A DNA stretch of 63,976 nucleotides, the filler included, from Octopus bimaculoides (taxonomy: Eukaryota), in the NCBI RefSeq assembly GCF_001194135.2. It is 7 parts of 7 records of this genome, joined end to end, with 100 filler letters (N's around TTAATTAATTAA, not from the genome) between each part and the next. Parts side by side here need not be neighbours in the genome. Positions count along the whole stretch, not along the records: positions 1 to 26,111 come from NC_068989.1; 6 more parts are not named here. One strand, written 5' to 3'. Below are positions 1 through 13,724 of this stretch, in pieces (the first letter of the stretch is position 1; every line of letters begins with the position of its first letter). A model generated the notes under the pieces. That model worked only from the letters and a program-made list of their open reading frames with translations. It was not told the DNA's origin and searched no databases. Both the position numbers and the translations under genes were made by a program.

Positions 1-355
1 GTCGGAGCGTCTCCTAGCGTGCGTAACACACGGACACACACACTCGCATTCGGTATCGGCGCCGAGATGACGGTCTTTCGATAGCAGGCGCAGTTCGCCG
101 GCGGAGCTCCGCCGCTGATGCGTCTTCCGCTGTTTTGCTCGGTTCACAATCGCTCCTCTTCGCTAGCTGGCTTCCTTATCGCTGCCGTGACTCGCTCGGC
201 CTGCTTCTCGTCCGTCCACCGCATAGGCCGCGTGGCTTACCGTGCGTAACACACANNNNNNNNNNNNNNNNNNNNNNNNNNNNNNNNNNNNNNNNNNNNN
301 NNNNNNNNNNNNNNNNNNNNNNNNNNNNNNNNNNNNNNNNNNNNNNNNNNNNNNN

Positions 356-387
<32 letters not shown>

Positions 388-1289
388 ATGTGTGTGTATG
401 TATGTGTAGCGTGTGTGTATACACCCACATGCACAACCACACACATATATGCTTGCATATATTTACTCCCCTGTCTCTCACTCTCTCTCTCTTTTTATAT
501 ATGTATTTTATATATCACTGCAAAGCTTGTTATAAACTGGCAAAGTTCAGATGCACAAGCAGTAAGAATTTGTTTTTTGTTTTTTTAAATTAATAGATTT
601 TGTAAATGTATGGCTCTGCGTAGAAGAATTGGTGCAAGACATGTTTTATAGGGTTAGTTTTACACCGTGCTTCCATATCAGTTATAGAGACGTCATTCCG
701 AACTGGCATGTGATTCTGCTTCTCGCATTACACGCACGTACTCACACACATATACATATATGTGCACATATGCATACATACATATATACATACACACACA
801 CACACGCACACACACATATATATATATATATATGTGTGTGTGTATATATTTATGCATGTATGTATGTTTGTATATTCATATATGAATATATATATGTGTA
901 TATATCTCAGAAACGAAACTGAGCTCAGAGAAATAATTATGAATGACTCCTGGACATGTATTTGAGCAACATAAGTCAATGAAGGCATATTTAATACCAT
1001 ATAAGATAAATGTTTGGTCTGCTGATAATAAACATTGTTTCCAGAAGAAGAACACATTCACAACCTTCCATCTCAATAAGCCACTATTGTCCCTGAAAGG
1101 TGGTTTTTTTTCATTTATTTACTACGGATTGCTTGATGCTAACTTTCTTCCTACACCTCGATCCTTGGTGGATATGTATACATATATTTATATATGTATA
1201 TATACATATATATATATTGAGACGGAAGGTTGTGATTTTTTTTTCTTACCGAAGTACGATAAATTGAAAAAAGTTCTTTAAATGCTTAA

Positions 1290-2050
1290 CGGTTGGCAAC
1301 CAGGGTCACCAGGTATGCGAATAAGAGTACATGAGTTAAGGAATGGAGTAGATAAGATCCGGGCTATATTTCTTTCATAGCGGGTGGAGCCTCGGAAGCG
1401 GTGGATATGCAAGCAGCGGGTGAACCGCAGGTTATTCTTCAGAGTAACGATAATCTTGAGAAAACGAAAGTTTACATTGTCGCAAGGAGGTACATGTTAA
1501 CCCGTGGAAGATTCAGTCAGAATGCGTTGAGGGCTCGGTAGGAGTGGCGAATATAAATGTAGAAAGAAATTAGGATTAAAAGAAGGAAAAAGAAAAAAAA
1601 ACATACCATGTTCTGGTATGTACTTGTAAGTTTACAAAGCGGGGATAAGAGTGGGGAGACAGGTAAAAATAAGAGAACATTTTTTTTATAAATGGTTAAG
1701 AAAGATACAAAGAGGCGTATGTGACAATAAGGAATTAAAGGGAAGAATAAGAGAAATAATTTTATAAATGGTAAGGAAAGATACAGAGAGATGACCTCAC
1801 AAATAACCCTCCTGCCAGACGAGCCCAAATCCTATATACATCACAACTCGCCGAAATAGATACCAGCGTGCACCTCCAAAACCCTTTCCCCACCCAGTTA
1901 AACGCCTTAATCGGAATTGAACGAACAAGAACTCAGAACGTTACCTGGTTCCACCTCACCTTCATCCTTAATGTTCAGACTTTCTCGAGTACCTAAACTC
2001 TTCTTCGTCCCTACTCGAAAAACAATCCCATGAATCTAGCCCCCTATGAA
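1290..2050 (-). mobile_element. Probable decayed LINE (Tx1/L1-like) 3' end
   Basis: A minus-strand decayed peptide (RMKVRWNQV...) followed by a pyrimidine-rich 3' UTR-like tract. Recognition is by recall only. Confidence 0.35.
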
Positions 2051-2575
2051 CGTAAACAAAGAAACGAAGTTTGCTTTATAAGCGTTGAGATGTCTTAGAA
2101 AGTTAAAGAAGTGATTTTTAAATTCTCAAACGCAGGACAATGCTAATGAAATAGCCATCCATCACGGAATGATCATAAAGTGAAACCAAACATCGCTATT
2201 TTGAATGCATTTAATACACGTGGTTTTGATTATTATGTAATACAGAAAAAAACTTTTCATATTTTACGTAACATCTTCAGTGAAGACATTTTAAGCTATT
2301 TCAGTCTCTCAAATAACACAGCCACTTTATTGACAGATATACGAGTGCATCTTCTCCCTGACTTATGGTCTCTTAGACGACTNNNNNNNNNNNNNNNNNN
2401 NNNNNNNNNNNNNNNNNNNNNNNNNNNNNNNNNNNNNNNNNNNNNNNNNNNNNNNNNNNNNNNNNNNNNNNNNNNNNNNNNNNNNNNNNNNNNNNNNNNN
2501 NNNNNNNNNNNNNNNNNNNNNNNNNNNNNNNNNNNNNNNNNNNNNNNNNNNNNNNNNNNNNNNNNNNNNNNNNNN

Positions 2576-2608
<33 letters not shown>

Positions 2609-3939
2609 TGCTGGTGCTGGTGTTCGTAGGGTTGTGAAGGCGAGTGGCTTAGTGGTTAGGGCATTTGGCTCGCGATCATAAGCTCGTGAGTTCAATTGCT
2701 GGCAGGTGTCATGTTTCCTTGAGCAAGACACTTTATTTTGACATTGCTCCAGTCCACTCAGTTGGTAAAAATGTGTTGTACCTGCATTTCAAACGACCAT
2801 TTTTGTCACATTCTATGTCACGCTGAGTCTCACTGAGATCACGTGAGTCTGTGGAGTGCTCAGCCACTTCCACGTTAATTTCCCGAGCATACCCTTCCGT
2901 GGATCGTATCAACTGGAACCCGCGTCGTCGTAACCGACGGAGTACCACTTTGTCTGGCGGTAATTCATGGTGGTGGTGGTGCTGCTGCTGGTGATGCTGG
3001 CGGAAGTGTTTGTATGTTGTGTTATGGTACAGTTTGTCTTCTGTTATGTTGTACATGTCCTGGTGTGTTGTGGTTTTGAGTGTTGTTATATGTTGGCGAT
3101 TTGACGGGGGATAGTGTTAGAGATGGTTGTGTGCGTGTGGTGGTGGTAGTGGTAGTAGTTCTAATAGTGATTGTAGTCTAGATTGTGCTCATGTGATGTG
3201 GGTGTGGTGGTATGTTGTGTGGTGTGAGACAGTGTGGCTTGTGTTGTCATATGATATGAGGAGCGTCGCCGCATCGGTTATGGTGTGGTATTTAGTGGCT
3301 GGTTTACTGTGAAACCTAATATAATGGCGGATATGGTGAGATGTAAGTTGATGTTGTGTGTCGTACATTGTGCCATGCTGTGCGCAACAGAGTGTGTAGT
3401 GATGATGATGTATTCTTCCAGAATGGTTGGGTGACGCATCAAACTACACAACTTAAAGGAGTAAGTATGCCGTGTGCTCAAAAGCAGACTGTAGATGTTC
3501 TAGACAGGTGCTTCTCGGACATTTTAAACTATCACCCCCTTTCTTTTGCTAAAATCCTTTCATCGCACCCACGCCACGACACAGTAAAATTCAATACACC
3601 ATATGTACATATGCATCATTGGCATTCCGTTGGTTACGATGACGAGGGTTCCAGCTGATCCGTCCAACGAAACAGTCGGCCTGAGTAATTCACGTGCAAA
3701 TTGTTGAGCGTTCCTCAGATACGCGTAACCCATAACGTAGTTCTCAGGGAGATTCAGCGTGATACAGAATGGGACAAGGCTAGCCTTTTCAATTACGGGT
3801 ACAGCACATTTTTACCAGCTAAGTAGACTTCAGCAACGTCAAAATAAATTGTCTTGTTGAAGGACACAACATGCAGTCGGAAATCGAGCTACAGAGCTTT
3901 AACTGAAGAACCAGAACGCTGCTGACAATGCACAATGCT

Positions 3940-4895
3940 CTGCATTCTAAAATTAATGCCAACTGACCCTATCTGCCAAGAAGGGAAGGTGGTAGAGGAT
4001 TACTAAAAGCGAAAGACACTGTTGGCACTGCGATACTGGGTCTGAAAAACGATGTTGTACGGGATAAAGAAAGAATACTTTCGGTAGTCAGAGATACTCA
4101 AAAAGTCATAGAAACAGCAGGAGAATACAAAGAGAAAAGGAAGGACAAAAAAATGAAAAATGGAAAGAAATGGAAATGCATGGCCAATTCAGGCAGCAGA
4201 CCGAGAATGCTGGAAGTGAAGGTCGCTGACTTTGGTTGACAGGCGGGAATGTGAAACGAGGGGAAGAAACGTTAATTATTGTCGCTCAGGTCCTTAGAAC
4301 AAATCTAATCAAGGCAAAGGTCGCCAAAACTCAGTCAGGCAGCAAATGTAGAATCTGCAGGAAAGGAGACGAGAGTATCGATCATATTTTCAGTGAGTGC
4401 AGTATACTAGCACAAAAGGAGTATAAGTGCAGACATGACTGCGTTGGCAAAAGAGTGCATTGAGATGTTGGCCGATTATGTGGTTGAAAACAACAGAAAA
4501 GTGATATGATCATGAACCAGAAGCTGTGATAGAAAAGGAGAAATAAAAGATCTTGTGGGGCTTTGCCATAAGGACTGACTATTGAGGTAGTAAGACCAGG
4601 TATGATCGTAGAAGACAAAATAAACAAAAGTGTAAGATCACAGATTTTGCAATTCCCTACGATAGCGAAGTCGATACCAAAGAAATTGGGAAAATTAGAA
4701 ATATCAGGATGAAGCTAAAGAACTGAAGAGAATGGAAGCCCAAGACAACAATTATTCCCAATTATTCCATGTAATAACAGGTGCTTTCGGCCCAACAGCC
4801 AAAATGCTACATAAAAGAGTGAAAGAAATTGGGATGAGTGAGAAGTATCATCCTGTATAATGCAAGAATCATAAGAAACGTTGTTGAGATCTGAA
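3940..4895 (+). mobile_element. R4/Dong-like LINE 3' remnant
   Basis: LYLPRREGGRGL, CRICRKGDESIDHIFSEC..LAQKEYK.RHD and RPG.IV, heavily disrupted. Confidence 0.8.
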
Positions 4896-4958
4896 GAGAT
4901 TTGTAGTCAGCAAACCTCAAGACAACCTCCCTGTTAAATGATATAGTATGTAATACTT

Positions 4959-5030
<72 letters not shown>

Positions 5031-5525
5031 ATGATGATAATGATGATGATGATGATGGTTATGCTAGGCTGAAAATGTGCACCAACTGAAATATATTCAG
5101 CACAGAAATTGTACGTTGATTTCCAATTAACCGATCAGGGAAAGGCTTTGACTAGTGATACAAATTTACATATGCACACACGCACACACACACACACACA
5201 CACGCACGCAGAGGCACACATATATGGAGTTGTGTGTTTGCGTGTGTATATATTCGTGTATGTGGACAGGTTTAGATAGACATATAAATGCATATAAATG
5301 TGTGCNNNNNNNNNNNNNNNNNNNNNNNNNNNNNNNNNNNNNNNNNNNNNNNNNNNNNNNNNNNNNNNNNNNNNNNNNNNNNNNNNNNNNNNNNNNNNNN
5401 NNNNNNNNNNNNNNNNNNNNNNNNNNNNNNNNNNNNNNNNNNNNNNNNNNNNNNNNNNNNNNNNNNNNNNNNNNNNNNNNNNNNNNNNNNNNNNNNNNNN
5501 NNNNNNNNNNNNNNNNNNNNNNNNN

Positions 5526-5612
<87 letters not shown>

Positions 5613-6159
5613 CGCGTGCGTTAGTGTGTGTGTATACGTATATACATACACAGAAATATGTGAGTGCGTGTATGTACACTCTTACAGACGGGCACGTGCA
5701 AATGTGTGTCTGCATTTCGTGTGCCATCTCAGGTAAGAGATGCATGTGGTGTTAGGTTGTTGCATATAAGAACTGCACAATGCATCGTAGTTGATGCTTT
5801 TGGCGGGTGGGGGTGGGGAGACTGATTGTCAATAAATGTTAATTTATGCGGTGGCTGGCAGCAGCGGGGGAGGAGAAGGAACGATGAAGGGAAACAAAAA
5901 AGGAACGGAAGAAAGATAAGGAAAGAAAGAAGTAAAAGACAAAAAAAAAAGCATTAAAAGAAAGGAAAGAGAAGAGAAAAAGAAGAGAAAAATAAGCAAG
6001 AAAGATTATAAAGAAAGAAATGTAGAATGAACAAAAGAGTAAAAAAAAAGTTGTAATTGAGAATAGAATTAAATTAATAGATAAAGATACATGAACGAAT
6101 GAGAGAGCGAAGAAAGAAAATTATATAAGCGAAGCTAAATGGGGAAAAAGAGGGTCCTA

Positions 6160-7140
6160 AGCGCAGGCGGGGCTGTGTGGTGAGAAGCTTGGTTCCAGGT
6201 TCAGTCCCACTGCGTGGCACCTAGGGCAAATGTCTTCTACCATAGCCTTGGGCTGACCAAAGCCTTGTGAATGGATTTGGTAGACGGAAACTGTGTGTGT
6301 GTGTGTATCTTTGTGTCTGTGTGTGTATCTTTGTGTTGTGTCTGTGTTTGCCTCCCTCCGTCACCGTTGATAAACAATGTTCGTGTGTTTACGTCACCGT
6401 AACTTTGGGGTTTGGCAAAAGAAACCAAAAGAATAAGTATTAAGCTTTAAAATAGTCCTGGGGGTGATTTGTTCGACTAAAATCGTTCGAGGTGGTGTTC
6501 CAGCATGGCCGGAGTTNNNNNNNNNNNNNNNNNNNNNNNNNNNNNNNNNNNNNNNNNNNNNNNNNNNNNNNNNNNNNNNNNNNNNNNNNNNNNNNNNNNN
6601 NNNNNNNNNNNNNNNNNNNNNNNNNNNNNNNNNNNNNNNNNNNNNNNNNNNNNNNNNNNNNNNNNNNNNNNNNNNNNNNNNNNNNNNNNNNNNNNNNNNN
6701 NNNNNNNNNNNNNNNNNNNNNNNNNNNNNNNNNNNNNNNNNNNNNNNNNNNNNNNNNNNNNNNNNNNNNNNNNNNNNNNNNNNNNNNNNNNNNNNNNNNN
6801 NNNNNNNNNNNNNNNNNNNNNNNNNNNNNNNNNNNNNNNNNNNNNNNNNNNNNNNNNNNNNNNNNNNNNNNNNNNNNNNNNNNNNNNNNNNNNNNNNNNN
6901 NNNNNNNNNNNNNNNNNNNNNNNNNNNNNNNNNNNNNNNNNNNNNNNNNNNNNNNNNNNNNNNNNNTGTGTTTGTCCCCCCCTATCGCTTGACAACCGAT
7001 GTTAGTTATGTCCCAGTAAATTAGTAACCGATAGAAAAAGTACTAGGCTTACAAAGAATAAGTCCTGGGCCGATTCGTTCTATTAAAGGCGGTGCTCCAG
7101 CATGGCCGCAGTCAAATGACTGAAACAAGTAAAAAAGTAA
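6160..7140 (+). mobile_element. SINE family B (head GCTGTGTGGTAAG...TTCAGTCCCACTGCGTGGCAC), interrupted by a gap. Other copies or fragments: ~9280-9430, 12638-12800, 14112-14240, 15890-16165 -, 19170-19500 -, 19845-20150 -, 36590-36985, 38350-38512, 45430-45570 -, 48040-48400 -, 54068-54210 -, 59610-59750, 63170-63475 -, 63765-63900
   Basis: Recurring tRNA-like head, GGCCGACCAAAGCCTTGTGAGTGGATTTGGTAGACGGAAAC core, internal (GT)n and a 3' CCAGCATGGCCGCAGTC tail. Confidence 0.85.
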
Positions 7141-7735
7141 AGCAGGTAATATCTTGAATCCAGTACCCAAAGGGCCGGGTACTCGGTTTGAATGGTTTAT
7201 GAATGACCGAGACCACAACACACCCTGAACGGGGTGCCAGTCCGTTTCAGGGTTATCCATTAACAGCTGAGTAGACTGCAGCAACGTGAAACGAAGTGTT
7301 GTGCTTAAGAACATATCGCACTGCCCGATCGGAGGAATCGAAACTATGATCTCACGATCGTTTGTGGGATTCTCTATCCGCCAAGAGAAAGAAAGAAAGA
7401 CGAGAAGAAAGACGGAAACAATAAAGAAAGATGTAAGCAATGAGAAAGAAAGAAAGAAAGAAAGAAAGAAGAAGAAGAAGAAGAAGAAGAAGAAGGGAAT
7501 AATAAACGTCAAAGATAAAGGGGTTTGTAGAGTTGATTAGATAAATTAACTGGGGTGAATGAGATCGATTTAACTCTCTGCCAATATTGCTGGCCTTATG
7601 CCAACTTTTGAAACCAGCATATATAGCTGACTTAGATTATTTTAGCTTTATATATATATATACACGTAACATATATTATAATTATAAACGGCAAATTTCA
7701 GCCATTTCTCCGCAGACTGAAAAAAAAGATGAATA

Positions 7736-7778
7736 ACCTTAATGAACTTTCGAGCCTTGTTGGGTTCTCATCAGAGGC
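7736..7778 (-). ncRNA. Decayed hammerhead motif
   Basis: Minus strand: GCCT-CTGATGA-GAaCC(caacaa)GGcTC-GAAA-gttcat-TA-AGGT. Intact core, stem II with one mismatch, 4-bp stem I. Confidence 0.5.
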
Positions 7779-10055
7779 GTCCACGTCACTTTGACTATCT
7801 CCAGTGAAACAAGCAGTCAAACTGTTTATATACTCAGCAAATTCAGCAGTTACTCTATGAAGGAGTCCCTAATTTGCACACCGAAAGTGTTTAACACCCT
7901 ATAAATACCAGCGGCCTGTCAATGGGGATCTTAGTCCACACAGTATCAAGGTTATGATACGTAACATATGGTAAACACACACACACACACCCACATACAC
8001 ACACACACACACACACACANNNNNNNNNNNNNNNNNNNNNNNNNNNNNNNNNNNNNNNNNNNNNNNNNNNNNNNNNNNNNNNNNNNNNNNNNNNNNNNNN
8101 NNNNNNNNNNNNNNNNNNNNNNNNNNNNNNNNNNNNNNNNNNNNNNNNNNNNNNNNNNNNNNNNNNNNNNNNNNNNNNNNNNNNNNNNNNNNNNNNNNNN
8201 NNNNNNNNNNNNNNNNNNNNNNNNNNNNNNNNNNNNNNNNNNNNNNNNNNNNNNNNNNNNNNNNNNNNNNNNNNNNNNNNNNNNNNNNNNNNNNNNNNNN
8301 NNNNNNNNNNNNNNNNNNNNNNNNNNNNNNNNNNNNNNNNNNNNNNNNNNNNNNNNNNNNNNNNNNNNNNNNNNNNNNNNNNNNNNNNNNNNNNNNNNNN
8401 NNNNNNNNNNNNNNNNNNNNNNNNNNNNNNNNNNNNNNNNNNNNNNNNNNNNNNNNNNNNNNNNNNNNNNNNNNNNNNNNNNNNNNNNNNNNNNNNNNNN
8501 NNNNNNNNNNNNNNNNNNNNNNNNNNNNNNNNNNNNNNNNNNNNNNNNNNNNNNNNNNNNNATATATATATATATATATATACACACACATATATATATA
8601 CGTAAATGTCGAACGATGAAAATGAGTGCTCAACACCGCCTTGGTGGATATAATTTCTTTACTTTTGAATAAAGGCTACCATTGGTTTTATATTAAGAAA
8701 AGCAGGGAAATATCCTAGTGTCTTAACAATTTTTCATGCCGATCACATGGAGAAAAGTGTTCGCCTCCATACTTTTTCTCCGAGGATTTCCTAACTCTCA
8801 AATATTGAACTTCTAGCTAATGTTACTAGCCATTGATTTTTATAACTTGGAATACTTTGGCATTAAAGTAAATAATGATAGCATTTATAAATAAAAGACA
8901 ATGTTTTGTGTGTGTGTGTGTATTTGTAGGATGATTTATGGGTTCATATAATTGTGCGGCTATCACAGGAATCTCCTCTAACTGACTCGGCTAACAAACC
9001 ACATAGTAATCTAATACAGATGAATATAATTCAGAGCTCTATGCCGCTGAAATCTAGATCCGATCGAGGAGTAAATAAGAGTTTTTATTCAGACCTGTAA
9101 ACCATTTTATTATATACATAATTTATCATTACATGATGAAGGCTGCGAAACGTGTGTGTATGTACACACACACACATACATATATACATATACATATATA
9201 AATGTGTTTGTGTGTGAATGCGTGTGTGTGTGTGTGTATGCGTGTGTGTATTTTTCTGTTTGTCCCATCCACTTGCTAATCGGTGTTGGTTTGTTTTCGT
9301 CTCCGCACACCATCGGCTCGGCAAAATTGATCCACAGAACGAGTAGCAGACTTTAAAAATAATTACCGGAGTTGACTTGATCAACAAAACCATTTAAGGT
9401 GTCGCCCCAGCATGACTGCAGTCCAATGAGTGAAACTAATAAAAGATAAAAAGAGACGTTTATATATAAACGTATAAGGTAAACATTTTTCAAAACTGTT
9501 AATTCTTTTCTTCTTTTACACGTATCAACCCTAAGGTTGTGGCCATGCTGGTGCACCACTCGTGTAATTACCATTCCAATAGTCAATCTTATGCGACTGG
9601 TTTTTCGTGAAGTGGGGAGTTCGACACTGCTACCCTTCAAGGCGGTGCTAAAGCATGGCTGCAGTCTAATGACTGAAATAAATAAAAGATAATACATGGT
9701 GGTGGCTAAATATGACTGCGAAACTTTCAAATGTAGTTACAACCTCCATACGTACACCTTCTTATATTCTTCCTTTGTCTTGAGTCTTTGTCTTTTACAT
9801 TTGCTTTGTACCCTGCCTTTCTTCCTTAAGTACGTCTTGAAGAAATCTTGAACAAAATAATATAGCTCTGAGTTCCCTGCACATAAGGAAGGGATGGCCA
9901 TCGTTGGAATGTCTTGGTTAGTAGGTCTTCTCTCTCAGGACATCCTCGGGGCAAAATAGCTACAAGAACAACAACAGCAACAGGAACCTTACTATGAACT
10001 GTTTTAATAATTTCGCTTGACTTGTTATTCTTGTTGTAGTTGTGGCATAATTGAC

Positions 10056-10117
<62 letters not shown>

Positions 10118-10815
10118 GGACACCTAGAGCAGCTGTAGCATCCGCAGTCATAGTCACAGTAGCAGCAATTGCAAGCTCTGACATCCCGACAAGCTGTCTA
10201 CCCAAGCTGCTACCATATTTACCCGACGGCCAACCGTTTCCTCGGCAAGCATGCCCCCCCCCCTCAATGCCACCACCCCGTACCTCTCCATAACCCCATT
10301 GTTGCATGCTGCATCTCTGTCCAACACCGAGCTGTCACCCGGTTGTCTGTTGCAGTTCCTTGTTGTTCTGCTGGGTACGTCTGTGGCACAAGGAAAAGCT
10401 GGCTCAAGAAACAAACAACAAATACACCGCAACATCTGTTACACACACACACACACACCTACACTTACTACATACACGCACACGCATACACACACATGTA
10501 TACACATATATCTACATTATATATATATATATATAAGAATATGTGTGTGTGTGTATATGTATATGCTTATGTATATACATAGACGTGTCTATATCTGATG
10601 TGTGTCTATTCATATACAAAGCATATACAAACACACTCACAAACATGCATTTATATACATACATGGACATATATTCTTTTATAGCTTCCATTTGTTTTGT
10701 TTTTGGGACGGCAACTATGTTGAAGTACGTGTGTGTGTGTGTGTGTGTATATATATTTATATATATATATATATATATACATACACACGCATACGTACAT
10801 ATGTGTATATGTATG

Positions 10816-10873
<58 letters not shown>

Positions 10874-10945
10874 TGTACCTATACATGTGTGTAGATGTAT
10901 GTTTATGTTTGTATGTGCGTATTATCTATCTATCTATCTATCTAT

Positions 10946-11002
<57 letters not shown>

Positions 11003-11351
11003 CGAGTGTGTGTATGAATGCGCTGCAAGGAAAATGTATCAAAAGTACAGAAAATTTGATAAACCGAATGCACGGAAAATTCGTCGCTAAATCTTCATCA
11101 GTCAACTGCCAAGTGATCATAATAGTTTCATGCCGTTTTGGTTGAGATGCCAGTGCAAAAAAGCCACTGGGAATAGATGTGTGTGTGTGTGTGTGTGCTG
11201 GGTTGTATATAAGTGTGTGTGTATGTGTGTGTGCAAATGTATCTGTGCTTATGTCTCAACACGGCAGACCATGAATATATTTTGAGATTTCACTAAAGAA
11301 ATATCTATTTCCAGCTATTCTCCTCTCTCACTCACTACCTCTAGTTCATTA

Positions 11352-11389
<38 letters not shown>

Positions 11390-11749
11390 GACAAACACTT
11401 TCCTTTTAGCAGAAATAATTTTCAAAACGATGTGGATTCCTCATTAAGTTCATGACAAAATTTATATCCAACCATTTTTCTTTAGGTTCATGTAACATCG
11501 AATTCGATTTTATCATTAAACTTCTACTGAGCTGATAATAAGTACCTGCCAGCTACTGGGTACATCTTATCGTCTATTGCTAGTATCATAAATGCTTGTC
11601 ATTCTTGTGGAAGTTTTTTTATTGCTTTTGTATTCCAATTTCTCATTAATTTTTTGTTGTTATTCGTTGTACACCAAATATTGACAACTGTTCACTGCAA
11701 CTAAATACTCTATGTACCAATAAGAGTATTTCATGTAGAAAAATACAAA

Positions 11750-12400
11750 ATGAAACACCAAAAGTCTAATTCTATTTGAAATACCCACAATATCTTCCGA
11801 CAAAACCACATTCGACCGGCGTCTCTAAAAAAAGAACAACATTTAATAAGGCATTCATAAAAGCGAGTGGGCTCAAAGAAAAAATAAGCATGTACATCTA
11901 AAGCTACCGAAACGATGCTCTGAACAATATAGACATCATCTGACTAAATCTGAATTCAGCTCAAAAGTTGCGAAAATCATCACCAAATATTTAAAATTTG
12001 AGCATAGACATTACAAATTATTCGATACGAACACCACGAAATTTCAGCTATAGCTGTCGAAGAAATCGAAATAATATCTGCTAATATATAAATGCACAAA
12101 ATATCTAGGGACCTACAGCCTATCAAGATGTATTTGCAAAACGTACATGCGAAGATCTAAATTATGTCCTTCAGTGGCATTTCCTTAAGAAGTACTCTAC
12201 AGAGCAACAGTGTTTGTAAGAGAGACAAACCTATAGAAATTACTTCAGGGCAACTACTGAAACATTCATAACCAGATACATATAACATATACTCTCGCTC
12301 AGCAATATCTATATAAGTAATAAAACATTCCTTTCGAAACATATTTGGGACGTAAAGGAGGAAAATATAAATATATGCTAGGTAGTAATGGTAGTAATCG
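11750..12400 (+). mobile_element. Penelope-like element remnant (end of RT and GIY-YIG endonuclease)
   Basis: Decayed peptides resembling PLE ORFs: ...ATTETFITRY..H......NKTFLSKHIWDVKEEN, comparable to YIG.TE..FK.RY..H...T.LSK.IW.LK. Confidence 0.55.
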
Positions 12401-13077
12401 CTATGCCTTACATAAATGGTTCCAAGGCACGTCGTCTGCGCACTTGAGCACCATTTAAAGATATTAGTTAAGCGTGTGACGACTCAGCAGTAACAGAAAT
12501 AGTAGTGGAGGTGTCAGCTTCATTACCAAATTCACAACAGAGCGAAGTAAGAAATTATTTGACAGAAAAGAATGTTAAGCTAAAAGCTTAAAATACATAC
12601 AACTTGCAATATAGTTGCAGGAGTGGCTACATTGGCACAGGAGTGACTGTGTGGTAAGAAGAAGGCGTCCCAATCAGATGAGTGAAAGTTCAGTCTCACT
12701 GTGTGGCACCTTGAGCAAGTGTCTTCTACTCTAGCTTCAGGCCGACCAAAGCCTTCTGGGTGGATTTAGTAGACGGAAATTGAAAGAAGCCCGTTGTATG
12801 CACACACATACACAAAAATGTATATATGAAAACATGTGTGTGCGTGTGTGTTTGTACCACCACCACCACCACCACCACCACTACCACAACAGAATTAGTG
12901 ATGATATAGAAAAGAAGAAGCATCAACGTGGTCGCTAGATCTGCAACAAATATCAGCTCAGTCTTCCCGAAATTACCATCTTAAAAGAGGACTTATTGGA
13001 GAATATGATAGTGGGTTCCTGGCAGATCGGTAAGAGACGAAATGGTCAATGATCATAGACTTATTTGATCAGATATA

Positions 13078-13153
<76 letters not shown>

Positions 13154-13162
13154 GAGAGAGAG

Positions 13163-13431
13163 AGAGTAAGGATTATTTGCCAACACAATGTGGCAGTCCT
13201 GATTAGGACGAATGTTACTGTTATTTGACCCCAGGAAACATCGTTTCCAGCTGACTATCGCACTATCTGCGTCCTTATATGTTTTAGAGCTGAGTGTTCC
13301 TTGTTGGAAAATATAAGGACGCAGGTAGTGCGTCGATAGCCAGCTGGAAACGATGTTTCCTGAGGTCAAATAACAATAACATTCATCCTAATTAGGACTG
13401 CCACATTATGTTGGCAAATAATCTTTACTCT
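13163..13431. repeat. Long foldback inverted repeat, ~120-bp arms (13163-13280 / 13311-13431) with a 30-bp spacer
   Basis: The arms are reverse complements at roughly 90% identity by eye. Confidence 0.92.
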
Positions 13432-13498
13432 AGAGTACTGTTTCTCGTTCAGAGATTTTGAAATATACATATACATATATATATATACACATACACAC

Positions 13499-13567
<69 letters not shown>

Positions 13568-13724
13568 NNNNNNNNNNACATATATATATATACACATACA
13601 CACATACATACACACATACATATATATATGTGTGTGTGTGTGTGTGAGTGTGTGTGTGTGTATGTGTGTGTGTTTGTGTGTGTGTGTATATGTATGTATA
13701 TGTATATAAACATACATATATGTG

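Noticed and set aside
1-255. GC-rich stretch with a repeated cgtgcgtaacacac at ~19 and ~241
   Set aside because: It is cut by the window edge and a gap, so it cannot be assigned. It is possibly the end of a repeat.
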